Shown: positions 49,358-59,794, counted from the first letter of the stretch. The stretch is DNA of 64,000 nt from an uncultured Actinomycetes bacterium (GCA_963704885.1 CAVPIB010000004.1:32001-96000), one strand, 5' to 3'. The notes: generated from the letters alone by a model not told the origin. Numbers and translations: made by a program.

Positions 49358-51421
49358 TCAGGACGCGCCCAGCGGTTCCAGCTGAGCCCGCAGAGCCTCC
49401 GCCTCCGTCACCGGGAGCCGGCAGACGAACCCCTCGCACACGTAGGCGGTCGCCGCTCCGTCGCGGGCCTCGCGGTCCCGCAGCAACGGGATGATCTGCT
49501 GTGCGTGCTCGTCACCAGGATGGCCGACGGCAAGCACCACGTTCGGACGGAAGACGCGCCCGGTGACCTCCTGGACCAGCGTTCGCGTGTCCGGGGAGGC
49601 GAGATCGCCCACTATCGCCACCTCCCGAGCCGGGCCGACATATAGGTCGAGCGCCGACAGCGCATGGCCGAATCCGGTCGGTGCGCCGGCCATCGCGTCG
49701 CGGACCAGCCGCAGCGCGGAGAGTCCCGCGGTCTCGTAGCCCGCGTCCCCCGTCAGGAGCGCCAGGCGGAGCAAGACCTCGGCGGCCACCGAGTTGCCCG
49801 ATGGAACGGCGTTGTCGTACAGCTCCTTCGGACGCAGGACCAGCCGCTCGGCGTCGGATGCCGTCTGGAAGAAACCACCTCGTTCATCGTCGCGGAACGA
49901 TCGGAGTAGGTCATCGGCCAACACCCGCGCCTGCTCGAACCACCGGAGCTCGAACGTCGTCTCGTACAACGTTAGACACGCCGACGCCATCAAGGCGTGG
50001 TCGTCGGCGAAGCCCGGCCTGCCCGCCACGCCGTTACGCCACGAGCGCAGCAGCCGGCCTTGGTCGTCCCGGAGGTGGGTTAGCACGAAGTCGGCGCATC
50101 GTTCGGCTGCGCTCACGAAGGCGGGTTCGCCGAACGCCCGCCCCGCTTCGGCGAACGCACCGATCGCCATCGCGTTCCATGCCGTTAGCGCTTTGTCGTC
50201 CGTCGCCGGTCGGACTCGCCCCTCGCGTATCTCGAAGAGCGTCGCGAGAGCGTCGGCGACCTCCTCGACCAGCTCATCGGGATCGAGCCCTTCAGCCGCG
50301 GCGACCTGAGCGATCGGTGCCGGCCGCCACAGGACATTCGTCCCTTCCCAGTTGCCCTCGGGCTTGGCGCCCAAGGCATGGGCGACGGGTTCGCCGACGA
50401 GTGGGGTCAGCTCCTCCCAGGTCCAGGTGAAGAACTTGCCCTCGACCCCTTCGCTATCGGCGTCTTGGGAGGACCAGAAGGCTCCCTCTGGGTGCTGCAT
50501 CTCGCGGAGGAGGTACTCGAAGGTCTGGGTCGCCACGCGCCGGTACCGGTCATCGTGCGTCACCTGCCAGGCGCGCGTGTAGAGACGTGCCAGCTGCGCG
50601 TTGTCGTAGAGCATCTTCTCGAAGTGCGGGACATGCCAGGTCTCGTCGGTCGCGTACCGCGCGAAACCGCCTCCCACGTGGTCGTAGATGCCTCCGTCGG
50701 CCATCCGATCGAGCGAGGTCGTGACGATCTCCATCGCGGGGGCCCAGTCGCGTAGGGCGCAGCGAAGCACGAACTCCAGGGTCATAGGTTGCGGAAACTT
50801 GGGGGCGCCACCGAAGCCGCCCCACCGGCTGTCGAACGCCTGATGCAGCCGAGCGAACGCCCCGCGGGTGACCGAATCATCCAGCGGCTCGTGCGACGGC
50901 GCGAGCTGTCCCACCTTCCCGATATGCGCCGAGATCTGGGCCCCGTGCTCCACGACCTCCTCTCGCCGTTCCTGCCATGCCTCGGCGATGCCTCCGAGCA
51001 CCTGGCGGAACGACGGGAGCCCGTGTCGAGGAACCGGTGGGAAGTACGTTCCGGCGAAGAAGGGCTCGCCCGTCGGCGTCAGGAAGGCCGTCAGCGGCCA
51101 CCCACCGCTCCCGCTCAAGGCCTGCGCCGCGTCCATGTATATGGCGTCCAGGTCCGGTCGCTCCTCGCGATCCACCTTGATCGAGACGAAGTGCTCGTTC
51201 ATCAGCGCTGCCGTCCGTTCGTCTTCGAATGACTCGCGTTCCATGACGTGGCACCAGTGACAGGCTGCGTAGCCGATCGACAGCAGGATCGGCCGATCTT
51301 CGCTCCTCGCCCGCTCCAGTGCCTCCGGGCCCCAGGGGTACCAGTCCACCGGATTGTGTGCGTGCTGCAGCAGGTAGGGGCTGGTCTCGTCCGCCAACCG
51401 ATTCGCCCGCCTGGTGGTCAT
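49358..51421 (-). CDS. YyaL/SSP411 thioredoxin-domain protein
   Basis: [32 protein letters not shown]. Confidence 0.93.
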   Translation of the reverse strand: MTTRRANRLADETSPYLLQHAHNPVDWYPWGPEALERARSEDRPILLSIGYAACHWCHVMERESFEDERTAALMNEHFVSIKVDREERPDLDAIYMDAAQALSGSGGWPLTAFLTPTGEPFFAGTYFPPVPRHGLPSFRQVLGGIAEAWQERREEVVEHGAQISAHIGKVGQLAPSHEPLDDSVTRGAFARLHQAFDSRWGGFGGAPKFPQPMTLEFVLRCALRDWAPAMEIVTTSLDRMADGGIYDHVGGGFARYATDETWHVPHFEKMLYDNAQLARLYTRAWQVTHDDRYRRVATQTFEYLLREMQHPEGAFWSSQDADSEGVEGKFFTWTWEELTPLVGEPVAHALGAKPEGNWEGTNVLWRPAPIAQVAAAEGLDPDELVEEVADALATLFEIREGRVRPATDDKALTAWNAMAIGAFAEAGRAFGEPAFVSAAERCADFVLTHLRDDQGRLLRSWRNGVAGRPGFADDHALMASACLTLYETTFELRWFEQARVLADDLLRSFRDDERGGFFQTASDAERLVLRPKELYDNAVPSGNSVAAEVLLRLALLTGDAGYETAGLSALRLVRDAMAGAPTGFGHALSALDLYVGPAREVAIVGDLASPDTRTLVQEVTGRVFRPNVVLAVGHPGDEHAQQIIPLLRDREARDGAATAYVCEGFVCRLPVTEAEALRAQLEPLGAS

Positions 51422-51446
51422 GGCGACAGTGTCTCGCGAACGCTCT

Positions 51447-51474
51447 TCAGGCGGGGCGGGGTCCGTGCCGATGC
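51447..51474 (+). promoter_or_regulatory. sigma28/WhiG-like promoter
   Basis: TCAG-N16-GCCGATGC, 15 nt before ATG 51490. Confidence 0.55.
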
Positions 51475-51489
51475 AGTCACAGAGAGAAG

Positions 51490-52152
51490 ATGACAGAAGA
51501 TATCCGCGTGCTCGTCGTGGACGAGAGCCCCGGCCGAACGGAGGGGCTGATCGGCTGCATGCCGGGGGACGGTGTGCAGCTCCTGGGCAGTGTGTCGGAT
51601 GCCGGCGCGGCCCTTCGGATCCTGGATGCCGACCCGATCAACCTGATCCTCGTCGACCTGGATCGATCGGGCGGGGACGGGATCGAGACCGTCCGGATCA
51701 TCCGCGAAGGAGCGGAACGGACGCGGGTCCTCGGCATCACGCAGGAGCACGGTCCCGATCTGGCTGCCGGCGCGCTGGCTGCCGGAGCGTGCGGCGTCGT
51801 TTCGCCGGAACCAGACGGCGAGAGCATGTCATCGGCGTTCCGTCGCGCGATGGCGGGTGAGCTGGTCCTGCCGGCGGTTCACCTCTCGAGCCTGGTCGAC
51901 CGGCTCCGTGGGAACAAGGCAGCGGCGGCCGCCAGCCGGCTGGACTTCCTCACCGGCCGCGAGAGCGAGATCCTCCGGGCCCTGGCCGACGGGAACTCCA
52001 CCCTGGAGATCGCTCGTTCACTAGGGATCCGACCCATGACGGTCCAGAGCCATGTGAAGAACATCCTGGCGAAGCTCGGGGTGCATTCGAAGGTCGAGGC
52101 GGTCACGCTGGCGTGGCGCCTGGGGCTCGGGTCCGCCACGCGCAGCGCATGA
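51490..52152 (+). CDS. NarL/LuxR-type response regulator (receiver Lys missing)
   Basis: VLVVDE...LVDLD receiver; LTGRESEIL...[18 protein letters not shown]. Confidence 0.88.
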   Translation: MTEDIRVLVVDESPGRTEGLIGCMPGDGVQLLGSVSDAGAALRILDADPINLILVDLDRSGGDGIETVRIIREGAERTRVLGITQEHGPDLAAGALAAGACGVVSPEPDGESMSSAFRRAMAGELVLPAVHLSSLVDRLRGNKAAAAASRLDFLTGRESEILRALADGNSTLEIARSLGIRPMTVQSHVKNILAKLGVHSKVEAVTLAWRLGLGSATRSA

Positions 52153-52176
52153 GCCCGCGGGGGTAGCCTTCCCGGG

Positions 52177-52848
52177 ATGATCGAAGAGGGGTCGGCCCGG
52201 GCAGCCAGGCTGGTCGTGGCCGACGCCCATCCGATCGTCCGCCGTGCCGTACGGATGTCCTGCGAGTCGACGCCCGGGTTGGAGGTCGTCGGCGAGGCTG
52301 ATTCGGTGCCCGAACTGCTCGCCGTTTGCGAGGAGCGGCGCCCGGATGTCGCGATCGTGGATATCGCGCTCCCCGACGGGTTCGAAGGGATCCGGGGGTT
52401 GACCGAGCACAAGCTGGCCGGGGCCATCGTCGTCCTGACGGATCGAGTCGAGGGGTCGGCCGTGATCGGGGCGTTGAGGCTCGGTGTGGAGGGATACCTC
52501 GTGAAGGCGTCTGCCCTCGCCACCGTAGGACCGCAGATCCGTCGGGTTCTGGCCGGCGAGCGCGTGATCTCGCCCGAGGTCGAGCAGATCGCCGTGGCCG
52601 AGCTGGGGCGGTTCGCCCGATCGGCTCGCGAGGGCAGCGAGGTTCGCGCGTCCCTCACTCCAAGGGAGTACGAGATCCTGCTGCTGGCCAGCCGAGGGCT
52701 CACCATGCGCCAGATGGCGACGAGGCTGGGCATCTCGCCTCGCACCGTGGAAACGCACATGGCCAAGCTCTATCGCAAGCTGGAGGTCCGCACTCGCGTG
52801 CAGGCCGTGTCCCGGGCCGTCTCGTTGGGCCTCATCGAGCTTCGCTGA
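52177..52848 (+). CDS. NarL/LuxR-type response regulator
   Basis: VADAH...IVDI...GYLVK; LTPREYEIL...TVETH. Confidence 0.9.
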   Translation: MIEEGSARAARLVVADAHPIVRRAVRMSCESTPGLEVVGEADSVPELLAVCEERRPDVAIVDIALPDGFEGIRGLTEHKLAGAIVVLTDRVEGSAVIGALRLGVEGYLVKASALATVGPQIRRVLAGERVISPEVEQIAVAELGRFARSAREGSEVRASLTPREYEILLLASRGLTMRQMATRLGISPRTVETHMAKLYRKLEVRTRVQAVSRAVSLGLIELR

Positions 52849-52870
52849 TCGGTTAACCGAGGGCGCCCGC

Positions 52871-52898
52871 TCAGTCCCGGAGGCTCATCGGCCGATAG
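52871..52898 (+). promoter_or_regulatory. sigma28/WhiG-like promoter
   Basis: TCAG-N16-GCCGATAG, 7 nt before ATG 52906. Confidence 0.6.
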
Positions 52899-52905
52899 TG
52901 GAGGC

Positions 52906-53616
52906 ATGAGCAAACGTCCCGTCAACGGGTCGGCATCCACGCCTGCCCAACGTCGACGCCTAGGGGTGATCGTCGTGGACCCGCTGCCGGTCGTTCGGGC
53001 GGGTTTGGGTCTGCTTATCGACGACCGCCCCGACATGGAGGTCCTGGCGGAAGCCGGTACAGCGGACGAGGGGATCGAGGCGATCCAACGTGTTCGCCGA
53101 AGCATGGTCGTCGTCCTGGTCGGGCTGGGCCTCTCCGGTGACCACGACGCGTATTGGCTGATCCGAACGCTCCGCCAGCGTTACCCAACGCACGCGATCC
53201 TGGGATGCGGGGCGAACGCGGATCCCACGGCGATCAGCCGGGCGCTCTTCGTCGGGGCAGACGGCTTCGTGGACAAGAACATCGATCCGGTCGACTTCCT
53301 TCAGGCTCTGAGGAAGGCGGCCACCCGCGAGATGGTGCTGGCGACGCCGACGTCGTCGGTGGTGGGCCAGATCGTAGAAGGTATCGATCGCAGGCGCGAG
53401 GTCGAGGTGAAGCTCACCGATCGCGAACGCGAGGTCTTGGTGGTAGCCGCTGAGGGGCTCACGGCCCGCCAGATGGCCACCCGCCTCGGCGTGCGGGAAC
53501 GCACCATCACGACTCACCTCGCCCGTATCTACGGCAAGCTGGGCGTCGGCAGTCGGTTGGCGGCGATCCGGATGGCCGCCCAGTCCGGCCTCGTGAGCGT
53601 CGGCGCCCCCGAGTAG
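52906..53616 (+). CDS. atypical NarL/LuxR-type response regulator (no phospho-Asp)
   Basis: VVVLVGL in place of the Asp strand; LTDREREVL...TITTHLARIYGKLGV. Confidence 0.88.
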   Translation: MSKRPVNGSASTPAQRRRLGVIVVDPLPVVRAGLGLLIDDRPDMEVLAEAGTADEGIEAIQRVRRSMVVVLVGLGLSGDHDAYWLIRTLRQRYPTHAILGCGANADPTAISRALFVGADGFVDKNIDPVDFLQALRKAATREMVLATPTSSVVGQIVEGIDRRREVEVKLTDREREVLVVAAEGLTARQMATRLGVRERTITTHLARIYGKLGVGSRLAAIRMAAQSGLVSVGAPE

Positions 53617-53629
53617 CAGCTCAGGGGTC

Positions 53630-53651
53630 GTGCGTACGTAGAAGTACGCAC
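53630..53651. repeat. perfect 8-bp inverted repeat upstream of the pilin gene
   Basis: GTGCGTAC-GTAGAA-GTACGCAC. Confidence 0.6.
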
Positions 53652-53765
53652 ACATCCTGCGGGAAACGCGGAATTCCCCCTGTGAGGGACTCCTCCTACG
53701 GTTGTGCATGGCGGCGAGGACGTCGCCCGGGTTCTCGCCCGCTGGTCCTTCGAGAGGAGGTGTAC

Positions 53766-53966
53766 ATGTTCCTTCGTCTCTACACCGGCACACAGGTTTG
53801 GTGGAACGATCTCAAGACTCGCGCAAGCGAGGAGGGTGGGGCCACCGCCGTGGAGTACGCGCTGATGGTCGCCCTGATCGCGGCCGTCATCATCGTTGCG
53901 GTGACCACGCTCGGCGAAAACGCCGAAGAGAAGTTCGTTGAGGTTGGTACCGCGGTCGGCACGTAG
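53766..53966 (+). CDS. Flp-family type IV pilin
   Basis: GAGGAGG RBS; EEGG|ATAVEYALMVALIA Flp motif. Confidence 0.93.
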   Translation: MFLRLYTGTQVWWNDLKTRASEEGGATAVEYALMVALIAAVIIVAVTTLGENAEEKFVEVGTAVGT

Positions 53967-53986
53967 CCGATCCTCTCCATAAGAAC

Positions 53987-54030
53987 GAGCGGCCCTCGCC
54001 GGCCGCTCACTCCCGAGGCGGGGGAGTGAG
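53987..54030 (+). terminator. twin hairpins after the pilin gene
   Basis: GAGCGGCC/GGCCGCTC and CTCACTCCC/GGGAGTGAG. Confidence 0.5.
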
Positions 54031-54107
54031 GGGCCGGCGAACCCGTCTGGTGGAACACGCGACCGAGGGTTCACCCATCCGCCCGCAGGATCTCAAGACA
54101 CGAGGGG

Positions 54108-54134
54108 TCCAGAACACGGCTGCGGCGCCGATAA
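54108..54134 (+). promoter_or_regulatory. sigma28/WhiG-like promoter of the tad operon
   Basis: TCCA-N15-GCCGATAA (perfect sigma28 -10 octamer). Confidence 0.65.
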
Positions 54135-54170
54135 CGAACGAGCGAAGCGGTCTCGAAAGGAGACGAACAC

Positions 54171-54965
54171 ATGAGGTCTCGAGGTCTGGTGGTCGCCCTC
54201 GCCGTGCTGCTCGCCGTGATGGCAGCCGCGGCGGTCGTCCTGTACACGAACGGCATCAAGAAGGAGGCGGAGTCCGGCGGTGAGCTGACGACCGTGATCG
54301 TCGCCACCCAGAGCATCCCCGCCGGCACGAGCCTGGACGCCCTGATCGAATCGGGTGCCTTCAAAGAGTTGAACGTCCCGACGGATGCCGTCGTCCAGGG
54401 CGCGGTCACGGGCCTTTCGGAGCTCCGCGGACAAACGATCACCACGCCGATCGTGGCCAACCAGCAACTGGCGACATCCAGCCTCTCGAGCGGTGAGCAG
54501 GTCGAGGGCGGCATGCTCGGCATCTCCAAGGGTCACGAAGCCGTCACGATCAAGCTCAATGCTCCGCAGGGCGGTGATGGCCATATCCAGCGCGGCGACA
54601 ACGTCACGGTGTTCGCCACTTTCACCGGCGTCTCCGTGATCAAGGGCACGCTGGATCAGTTGACCAACCCTGCCGCCACGGGCACCACCGACCGGCAGGA
54701 CCTCCCCGACTTCACCGCCGTGCTCATCCCGACGGTGCGTGTCTTGGATGTCTCGAACCCCGGCGTGGACGAGAACGGCGAGCCCACGGGAGACGCGGTC
54801 ACGATCACCCTGGACCTCCTCCCGAAGGACGCGGCCAGCCTCGTTTACGCGCAAGAGAACGGGAAGATCTGGCTGGGCCTCCTGCCTCCGGGCGAGGAAG
54901 GACAGCAGTTCCCCGCGGTGCAGGTCCCGGTCCAGCTCCTCCTTGGGAAGAAGGCAGCCGTATGA
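54171..54965 (+). CDS. cpaB: Flp pilus assembly protein CpaB/RcpC
   Basis: N-terminal TM, SAF-like VIVATQSIPAGT, GD.V.V; context. Confidence 0.85.
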   Translation: MRSRGLVVALAVLLAVMAAAAVVLYTNGIKKEAESGGELTTVIVATQSIPAGTSLDALIESGAFKELNVPTDAVVQGAVTGLSELRGQTITTPIVANQQLATSSLSSGEQVEGGMLGISKGHEAVTIKLNAPQGGDGHIQRGDNVTVFATFTGVSVIKGTLDQLTNPAATGTTDRQDLPDFTAVLIPTVRVLDVSNPGVDENGEPTGDAVTITLDLLPKDAASLVYAQENGKIWLGLLPPGEEGQQFPAVQVPVQLLLGKKAAV

Positions 54966-56176
54966 CAGAAGCCAGCGTCGTCGCCGTCGGGACGCCGCAG
55001 TCCTTCCGCCAGCAGATCGCCAGGGCTCTGGAAGTGGAGCCCGAGGAGATCGGATGGGCGCAGTCCGCCACGGTGGCAGAGGAGCTCCTGATCAACGCCT
55101 TCAGCGCCATCGACGTGCTGGTGCTGTCGCCTGAAGTGAAGGAGCCGGACGCGCTGGGCCTCGCCGAATTCGTGGGGCGCCAGGCGCCGGGAACCGCCAT
55201 CGTCCTGGTACGCGACCACACATGGAACGGCTTGCTGCCGGCCGCTATGCGCGCGGGCATCCGCGATGTGGTCGACATGACCCAAGGGGCCGAGGAGCTC
55301 CGCGATGCAGTGGAACGGGCCGTGGCATGGGCCACGAACCTCCGGTCCGTAGGCGGTCAGACGGCCGAGTCTTCCATGCAGCAGCGTGGCCACATCCTTT
55401 CGGTGTTCTCGTCGAAGGGTGGCAGCGGCAAGACGTTCCTGACCACCAACCTGGCGGCGGCGATCGCCGACGTCACGGGACAGGACACGGCCGTCGTCGA
55501 CCTGGACACCGATATGGGCGACGTCTTCACCTACTTCGGCCGCGAGCCGATCGCCCGGGTGGACGATCTGATGGGTATCGGCGAGGGGGCCGACCACGAC
55601 AAGATCCGGGAGATCGGGGTGCCGTTCGGCGACCACCTGTGGGGTTATGGATCACCGCCGGATCCGGCGGCCGAGCCGCCCGCAGGCGAGGCGGTCGGCA
55701 AGTTCCTGAGGACGCTCCGTGCCGACTTCTCCTACGTCGTGGTGGACGCGTCGGTCGACTACTCGGACTCGGCGCTCGTCTGCTTCGACCTGTCCGACGC
55801 GATCTGCCTGGTGACTCCGCTCGACGTCGTAGGGGTCAAGCACCTGTCGAAGGCTCTCGACACGCTCCTCACGATCGGGTTGCCGCGTGAGCGGTTCCGG
55901 GTCGTCCTGAACCGAGCGGACAGCAAGGTGGGTCTCGACTCGACCGACGTGGAGCGGGTCATGAAGATCACGGTCGACGCCATGATCCCATCCAGCCGGT
56001 TGGTGCCCACGGCGTTGAACAAGGGCCGTCCCGTCGTCTTGGACGAGCCGACCTCGGACGTCTCCCAGGCCGTGCGGCACCTGGCGGCCAAGTTCACCGG
56101 GCAGTTCGGGTCGGCGATCGAGACCAACGGCGAAGGCAAGGCCGTCAAGAAGCGCAAGCGGTTCTCGAGGACCTAA
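54962..56176 (+). CDS. cpaE: CpaE/TadZ receiver-MinD-like ATPase
   Basis: AMRAGIRDV, SKGGSGKT, VVDLD. Confidence 0.88.
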   Translation: MTEASVVAVGTPQSFRQQIARALEVEPEEIGWAQSATVAEELLINAFSAIDVLVLSPEVKEPDALGLAEFVGRQAPGTAIVLVRDHTWNGLLPAAMRAGIRDVVDMTQGAEELRDAVERAVAWATNLRSVGGQTAESSMQQRGHILSVFSSKGGSGKTFLTTNLAAAIADVTGQDTAVVDLDTDMGDVFTYFGREPIARVDDLMGIGEGADHDKIREIGVPFGDHLWGYGSPPDPAAEPPAGEAVGKFLRTLRADFSYVVVDASVDYSDSALVCFDLSDAICLVTPLDVVGVKHLSKALDTLLTIGLPRERFRVVLNRADSKVGLDSTDVERVMKITVDAMIPSSRLVPTALNKGRPVVLDEPTSDVSQAVRHLAAKFTGQFGSAIETNGEGKAVKKRKRFSRT

Positions 56177-56187
56177 AGGAGGCCCCA

Positions 56188-57507
56188 ATGTCCCTGGCAG
56201 ATCGACTCGCGAACGCATCCCAGCGGGATCGACTCGCCGACGTCCGCCTCCGGGTGCAGGAGCGCCTGGTCGAGGTCCTCGGTCCCCGGCTGTACGACTC
56301 AACCCTTTCGGACAACGAGCTCGAGGGCTTGGTGCACCAGCGCCTGCGCGAGTTGCTGGACGAGGAGGAAGGACCGCTCTCCTCGCAGGAGAAGCTCCTC
56401 ATCGTTCGGCAGATCGGCGACAGTGTCCTTGGTCTAGGTCCGCTGGAGCCGTTCGTCCGCGACCCCGATGTCACAGAGATCATGGTGAACGGCTGGGACA
56501 CGATCTATGTCGAGCGCGCCGGCAAGCTCTACTGGACCGGTACCAAGTTCCATGACGAGCAGCAGCTCCGACGCACGATCGACAAGATCGTCGGGAAGGT
56601 GGGACGCCGTGTCGACGAGGCGAGCCCCTACGTGGACGCGCGTCTGCCCGATGGTTCTCGTGTGAACGCGATCATCCCCCCGCTGTCGATCGACGGCCCG
56701 GCGCTCACGATCAGGAAGTTCTCCGCCGACCCATACGGGGCCGACGACCTGATCCAGTTCGGCACCATGACTTCGGCCGTGAGCCAGTTCCTGGACGCCT
56801 GCGTCAGGGGTCGCACCAACATCATGGTCTCCGGCGGAACCGGTGCCGGGAAGACGTCCACCCTGAACGTGCTTTCGTCCTTCATCCCCGACGACGAGCG
56901 CATCGTGACTATCGAGGATGCGGCCGAGCTCCGGCTCCAGCAGCCGCACGTGATCCGATTGGAGTCCCGCCCGCCGAACATCGAGGGCAAGGGCGCCGTC
57001 TCGATCCGTGATCTGGTCCGGAACTCGCTGCGCATGCGGCCCGACCGTATCGTGGTCGGCGAGGTCCGTGACGCCGCGGCGCTCGACATGCTCCAGGCGA
57101 TGAACACGGGGCACGACGGCTCGATCTCCACCATCCACTCCAACTCGCCGCGCGACTCGCTCGCTCGTTTGGAGACGATCACCCTGATGGCGGGGATGGA
57201 CCTGTCGCCACGTTCGATCCGTGAGCAGATCGCCTCAGCCATCCAGCTGATCGTTCATCAGCAGCGGCTGAAGGACGGCACGCGCCGGTTCACGCATGTC
57301 ACCGAGATCGAGGGCATGGAGGGAGAAGTCATCACCCTTCAGGACATCTTCCTGTTCGACTTCGCGGCAGGCGTCAACGACGAGGGCAAGTTCCGCGGCC
57401 GGCTCAAGTCGACCGGACTCCGGCCCAAGTTCCTTGACAAGCTCGAGGAGCGGGGCGTCTTCGTGGATCCGGAGGTCTTCGCGCTCGAATCGAAGGGGTT
57501 CGAGTGA
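56188..57507 (+). CDS. cpaF: CpaF/TadA pilus assembly ATPase
   Basis: GGTGAGKT, IEDAAEL, LRMRPDRIVVGEVR, MNTGHDGS. Confidence 0.95.
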   Translation: MSLADRLANASQRDRLADVRLRVQERLVEVLGPRLYDSTLSDNELEGLVHQRLRELLDEEEGPLSSQEKLLIVRQIGDSVLGLGPLEPFVRDPDVTEIMVNGWDTIYVERAGKLYWTGTKFHDEQQLRRTIDKIVGKVGRRVDEASPYVDARLPDGSRVNAIIPPLSIDGPALTIRKFSADPYGADDLIQFGTMTSAVSQFLDACVRGRTNIMVSGGTGAGKTSTLNVLSSFIPDDERIVTIEDAAELRLQQPHVIRLESRPPNIEGKGAVSIRDLVRNSLRMRPDRIVVGEVRDAAALDMLQAMNTGHDGSISTIHSNSPRDSLARLETITLMAGMDLSPRSIREQIASAIQLIVHQQRLKDGTRRFTHVTEIEGMEGEVITLQDIFLFDFAAGVNDEGKFRGRLKSTGLRPKFLDKLEERGVFVDPEVFALESKGFE

Positions 57508-58520
57508 TGGCTTCTGCCGCAGCCTCGACCTTCTGGGGAAGCCCCGCCGCATTAGCGCTGTCGGTTGCCCTCGTGGTGTTGTCCGCGTTCCTGCTGGGCG
57601 TCATGCTCTTCGGGACCGCGGCCCGCAAGCGTCAGCAGCGGATCATCGGAGAGCGGATGGCGGCGGTCGGGAATCGCGGCAAGTCGTCCTCGCAGATCCC
57701 GCTGGAGAAGGGCTCCGGTGGCTGGATCCCCAGCCGCGTCACCCACTTCGGCCGTCGCTTCGCCGATTCGCGAGGGTTCAGCTCTCGACTGGATCTCGAG
57801 CTCGAGGCAGCGAGCGTCAGCCTGCGGTCGGGGGAGTTCGTGATCGTGACCGTCGCGGCCGCGTTCGGCGGCCTGATCCTGGGGTACTTGATCCTGCAGA
57901 GCCCGTGGTTGGCGCTCGGCGTCGCCGCGGCGGCCGGCGCCTCTCCCACGATGGCCCTGCGCGTCGCGCTGGATCGTAGAGCGGAGAAGCTGCGAGAGCA
58001 GCTGCCGGACGTCCTGACGATCATGGCGAGCTCGCTCCGTGCCGGACACAGCTTCCTCCAGGCGCTCGACACGGTCGCCAAGGAGATCGCTCAGCCGGCT
58101 GCCACGGAGTTCCAGCGGGTCGTGGCGGAGATCCGCCTGGGTCGAAGCGCCGAAGACGCGCTAGGGGCATTGTCCGAACGTGTCGGCAGCGCCGACTTCA
58201 AGTGGGCGGTCCTCGCCGTGAACATCCAGCGGGAGGTGGGCGGCAACCTAGCCGAGATCTTGGACAACGTGGCCGACACGCTCCGGGAGCGTGCGACCAT
58301 GAGGCGCCAGATCCGCGTGCTGACCTCTGAGGGGCGCCTCTCGGCGTGGGTCCTTGCGCTGATGCCGTTCGGGATCGGCGCTTACCTGTTCGCGACGAAC
58401 CCGGAGTACATCGGGCTGCTGTTCTCTTCGAAGATCGGCATCCTGATGGTGATCTTCGCGGGGATCATGCTCCTGCTCGGTGTGCTCTGGATGAGGAAGA
58501 TCGTGGATATCGATGTCTGA
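57504..58520 (+). CDS. tadB: TadB (T2SS F family)
   Basis: QLPDVL...SLRAGHS, QREVGGNLAEIL. Confidence 0.9.
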   Translation: MMASAAASTFWGSPAALALSVALVVLSAFLLGVMLFGTAARKRQQRIIGERMAAVGNRGKSSSQIPLEKGSGGWIPSRVTHFGRRFADSRGFSSRLDLELEAASVSLRSGEFVIVTVAAAFGGLILGYLILQSPWLALGVAAAAGASPTMALRVALDRRAEKLREQLPDVLTIMASSLRAGHSFLQALDTVAKEIAQPAATEFQRVVAEIRLGRSAEDALGALSERVGSADFKWAVLAVNIQREVGGNLAEILDNVADTLRERATMRRQIRVLTSEGRLSAWVLALMPFGIGAYLFATNPEYIGLLFSSKIGILMVIFAGIMLLLGVLWMRKIVDIDV

Positions 58521-59460
58521 TCTCTGGTTCCTCGTTGCGGTCGCGTGCGTGTTCTTCACCGTCATCCTGGTGGGTTTCGCGGTCGATGCGACGGTCACCG
58601 ACAAGAAGCGCGCGGTGAAGCTCTTGGAGTCGCAGGTGAGCGGGTCTTCCTCGGTAGCGGAGTCGAGCAACCTGCGCGACCGCGAGATGGCTAGGAGCTT
58701 CGGCGATCGCGTGCTGGTTCCGTTCGTCGGAGGCGCCGGGCGGGTCGCCAAGAGGGTCACGCCGCTCGACGCACGCGATCGTGTGTCGAAGAAGCTGCTC
58801 CTGGCGGGGAGCCCCCCGGGCTGGGACGCGGAGCGCGTTATCGCGTTCAAGGTGATCGGCGCCGGCGCCGGCCTCGTCGGTGGCATCGCCGTGGCGGCCG
58901 GGCTCTTGCACTTCAACGGACTTCCGATGATGGTGACGATCGCGCTGCTCGCCTTCGTCGGGTTCGTGATCCCCGACTCGATGCTCGCGCGCAAGGTGCA
59001 GGAGAGGCAGCGGGAAGTGCTCGGGACCCTGTCCGACACGCTGGACCTGCTCACGATCAGCGTCGAGGCCGGACTCTCCCTGAACGCCGCCATCGCTCAG
59101 GTCGTGCAGAACGTCCCTGGAGTTCTGTCGGCGGAGTTCGCCCGGATGCTCCAGGAGATCCAGCTGGGCGTCCCGCGCTCAGAGGCGTTCAGGCATCTCG
59201 CGGAGAGGACGGACGTCGAAGAGCTGAACAGCTTCGCTCTAGCCATGATCCAGGCGGACGTCTTCGGAGTGAGCATCGCGAGCGTCCTTCGGACGCAGGC
59301 GAGCCAGCTCCGGATCAAGCGGCGTCAGGCCGCCGAGGCGAAGGCCCAGCAGACGCCTGTGAAGATCGTCTTCCCGCTGATCCTCTGCATCCTGCCGGCC
59401 CTGTTCATCGTGATCATCGGTCCTGGAGCGATCCGGATCATGGACACGGTTCTCAAGTAG
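58513..59460 (+). CDS. tadC: TadC (T2SS F family)
   Basis: LDLLTISVEAGL, AEAKAQQ..VKIVFPL...PALF. Confidence 0.9.
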   Translation: MSDLWFLVAVACVFFTVILVGFAVDATVTDKKRAVKLLESQVSGSSSVAESSNLRDREMARSFGDRVLVPFVGGAGRVAKRVTPLDARDRVSKKLLLAGSPPGWDAERVIAFKVIGAGAGLVGGIAVAAGLLHFNGLPMMVTIALLAFVGFVIPDSMLARKVQERQREVLGTLSDTLDLLTISVEAGLSLNAAIAQVVQNVPGVLSAEFARMLQEIQLGVPRSEAFRHLAERTDVEELNSFALAMIQADVFGVSIASVLRTQASQLRIKRRQAAEAKAQQTPVKIVFPLILCILPALFIVIIGPGAIRIMDTVLK

Positions 59461-59478
59461 CGCCTTCTCCGTTCCGAC

Positions 59479-59507
59479 TCAAGCTTTCGGTGGTTCCGAG
59501 CCGATAC
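59479..59507 (+). promoter_or_regulatory. sigma28/WhiG-like promoter
   Basis: TCAAG-N16-GCCGATAC, 7 nt before ATG 59515. Confidence 0.55.
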
Positions 59508-59514
59508 CTCCTTC

Positions 59515-59667
59515 ATGCGGAGTACGGATCGCACGCTCGATCGGATCCTGGAGGCGTTCGCCGATGCGGTGGCCGCCGCCGAGTTCGAGAAGGCCGAAGG
59601 ATGGCTGGCCGTGGCCAGGTGGGCCCAGGGAGCCAGCGAGACCTCGACACCCGCTCCCGTCCGCTGA
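59515..59667 (+). CDS. small hypothetical protein (50 aa), below ORF-track cutoff
   Basis: MRSTDRTLDRILEAFADAVAAAEFEKAEGWLAVARWAQGASETSTPAPVR; GC-rich third positions; follows sigma28-like promoter. Confidence 0.55.
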   Translation: MRSTDRTLDRILEAFADAVAAAEFEKAEGWLAVARWAQGASETSTPAPVR

Positions 59668-59794
59668 AGCGAGCCCTCTCGGGGCCGAAGGACGTAGGTC
59701 GTCGGTCGCATTGCAGCCTCCCCCAGCCATGCCCTAGACTCTCGGCTGTCCGGATGGTCCGTTGGGACCAAACGGATCGAGAGAAAGGCGTGTG

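Noticed and set aside
47606-49645. Long antisense ORFs (this one, 3655..5250, 24223..25779 and others)
   Set aside because: Stop-poor mirror frames of high-GC genes with no recognisable motifs
53640-53760. c-di-GMP riboswitch upstream of flp
   Set aside because: Hairpins are present but the conserved class I/II motifs are not recognisable; an Infernal scan would settle it
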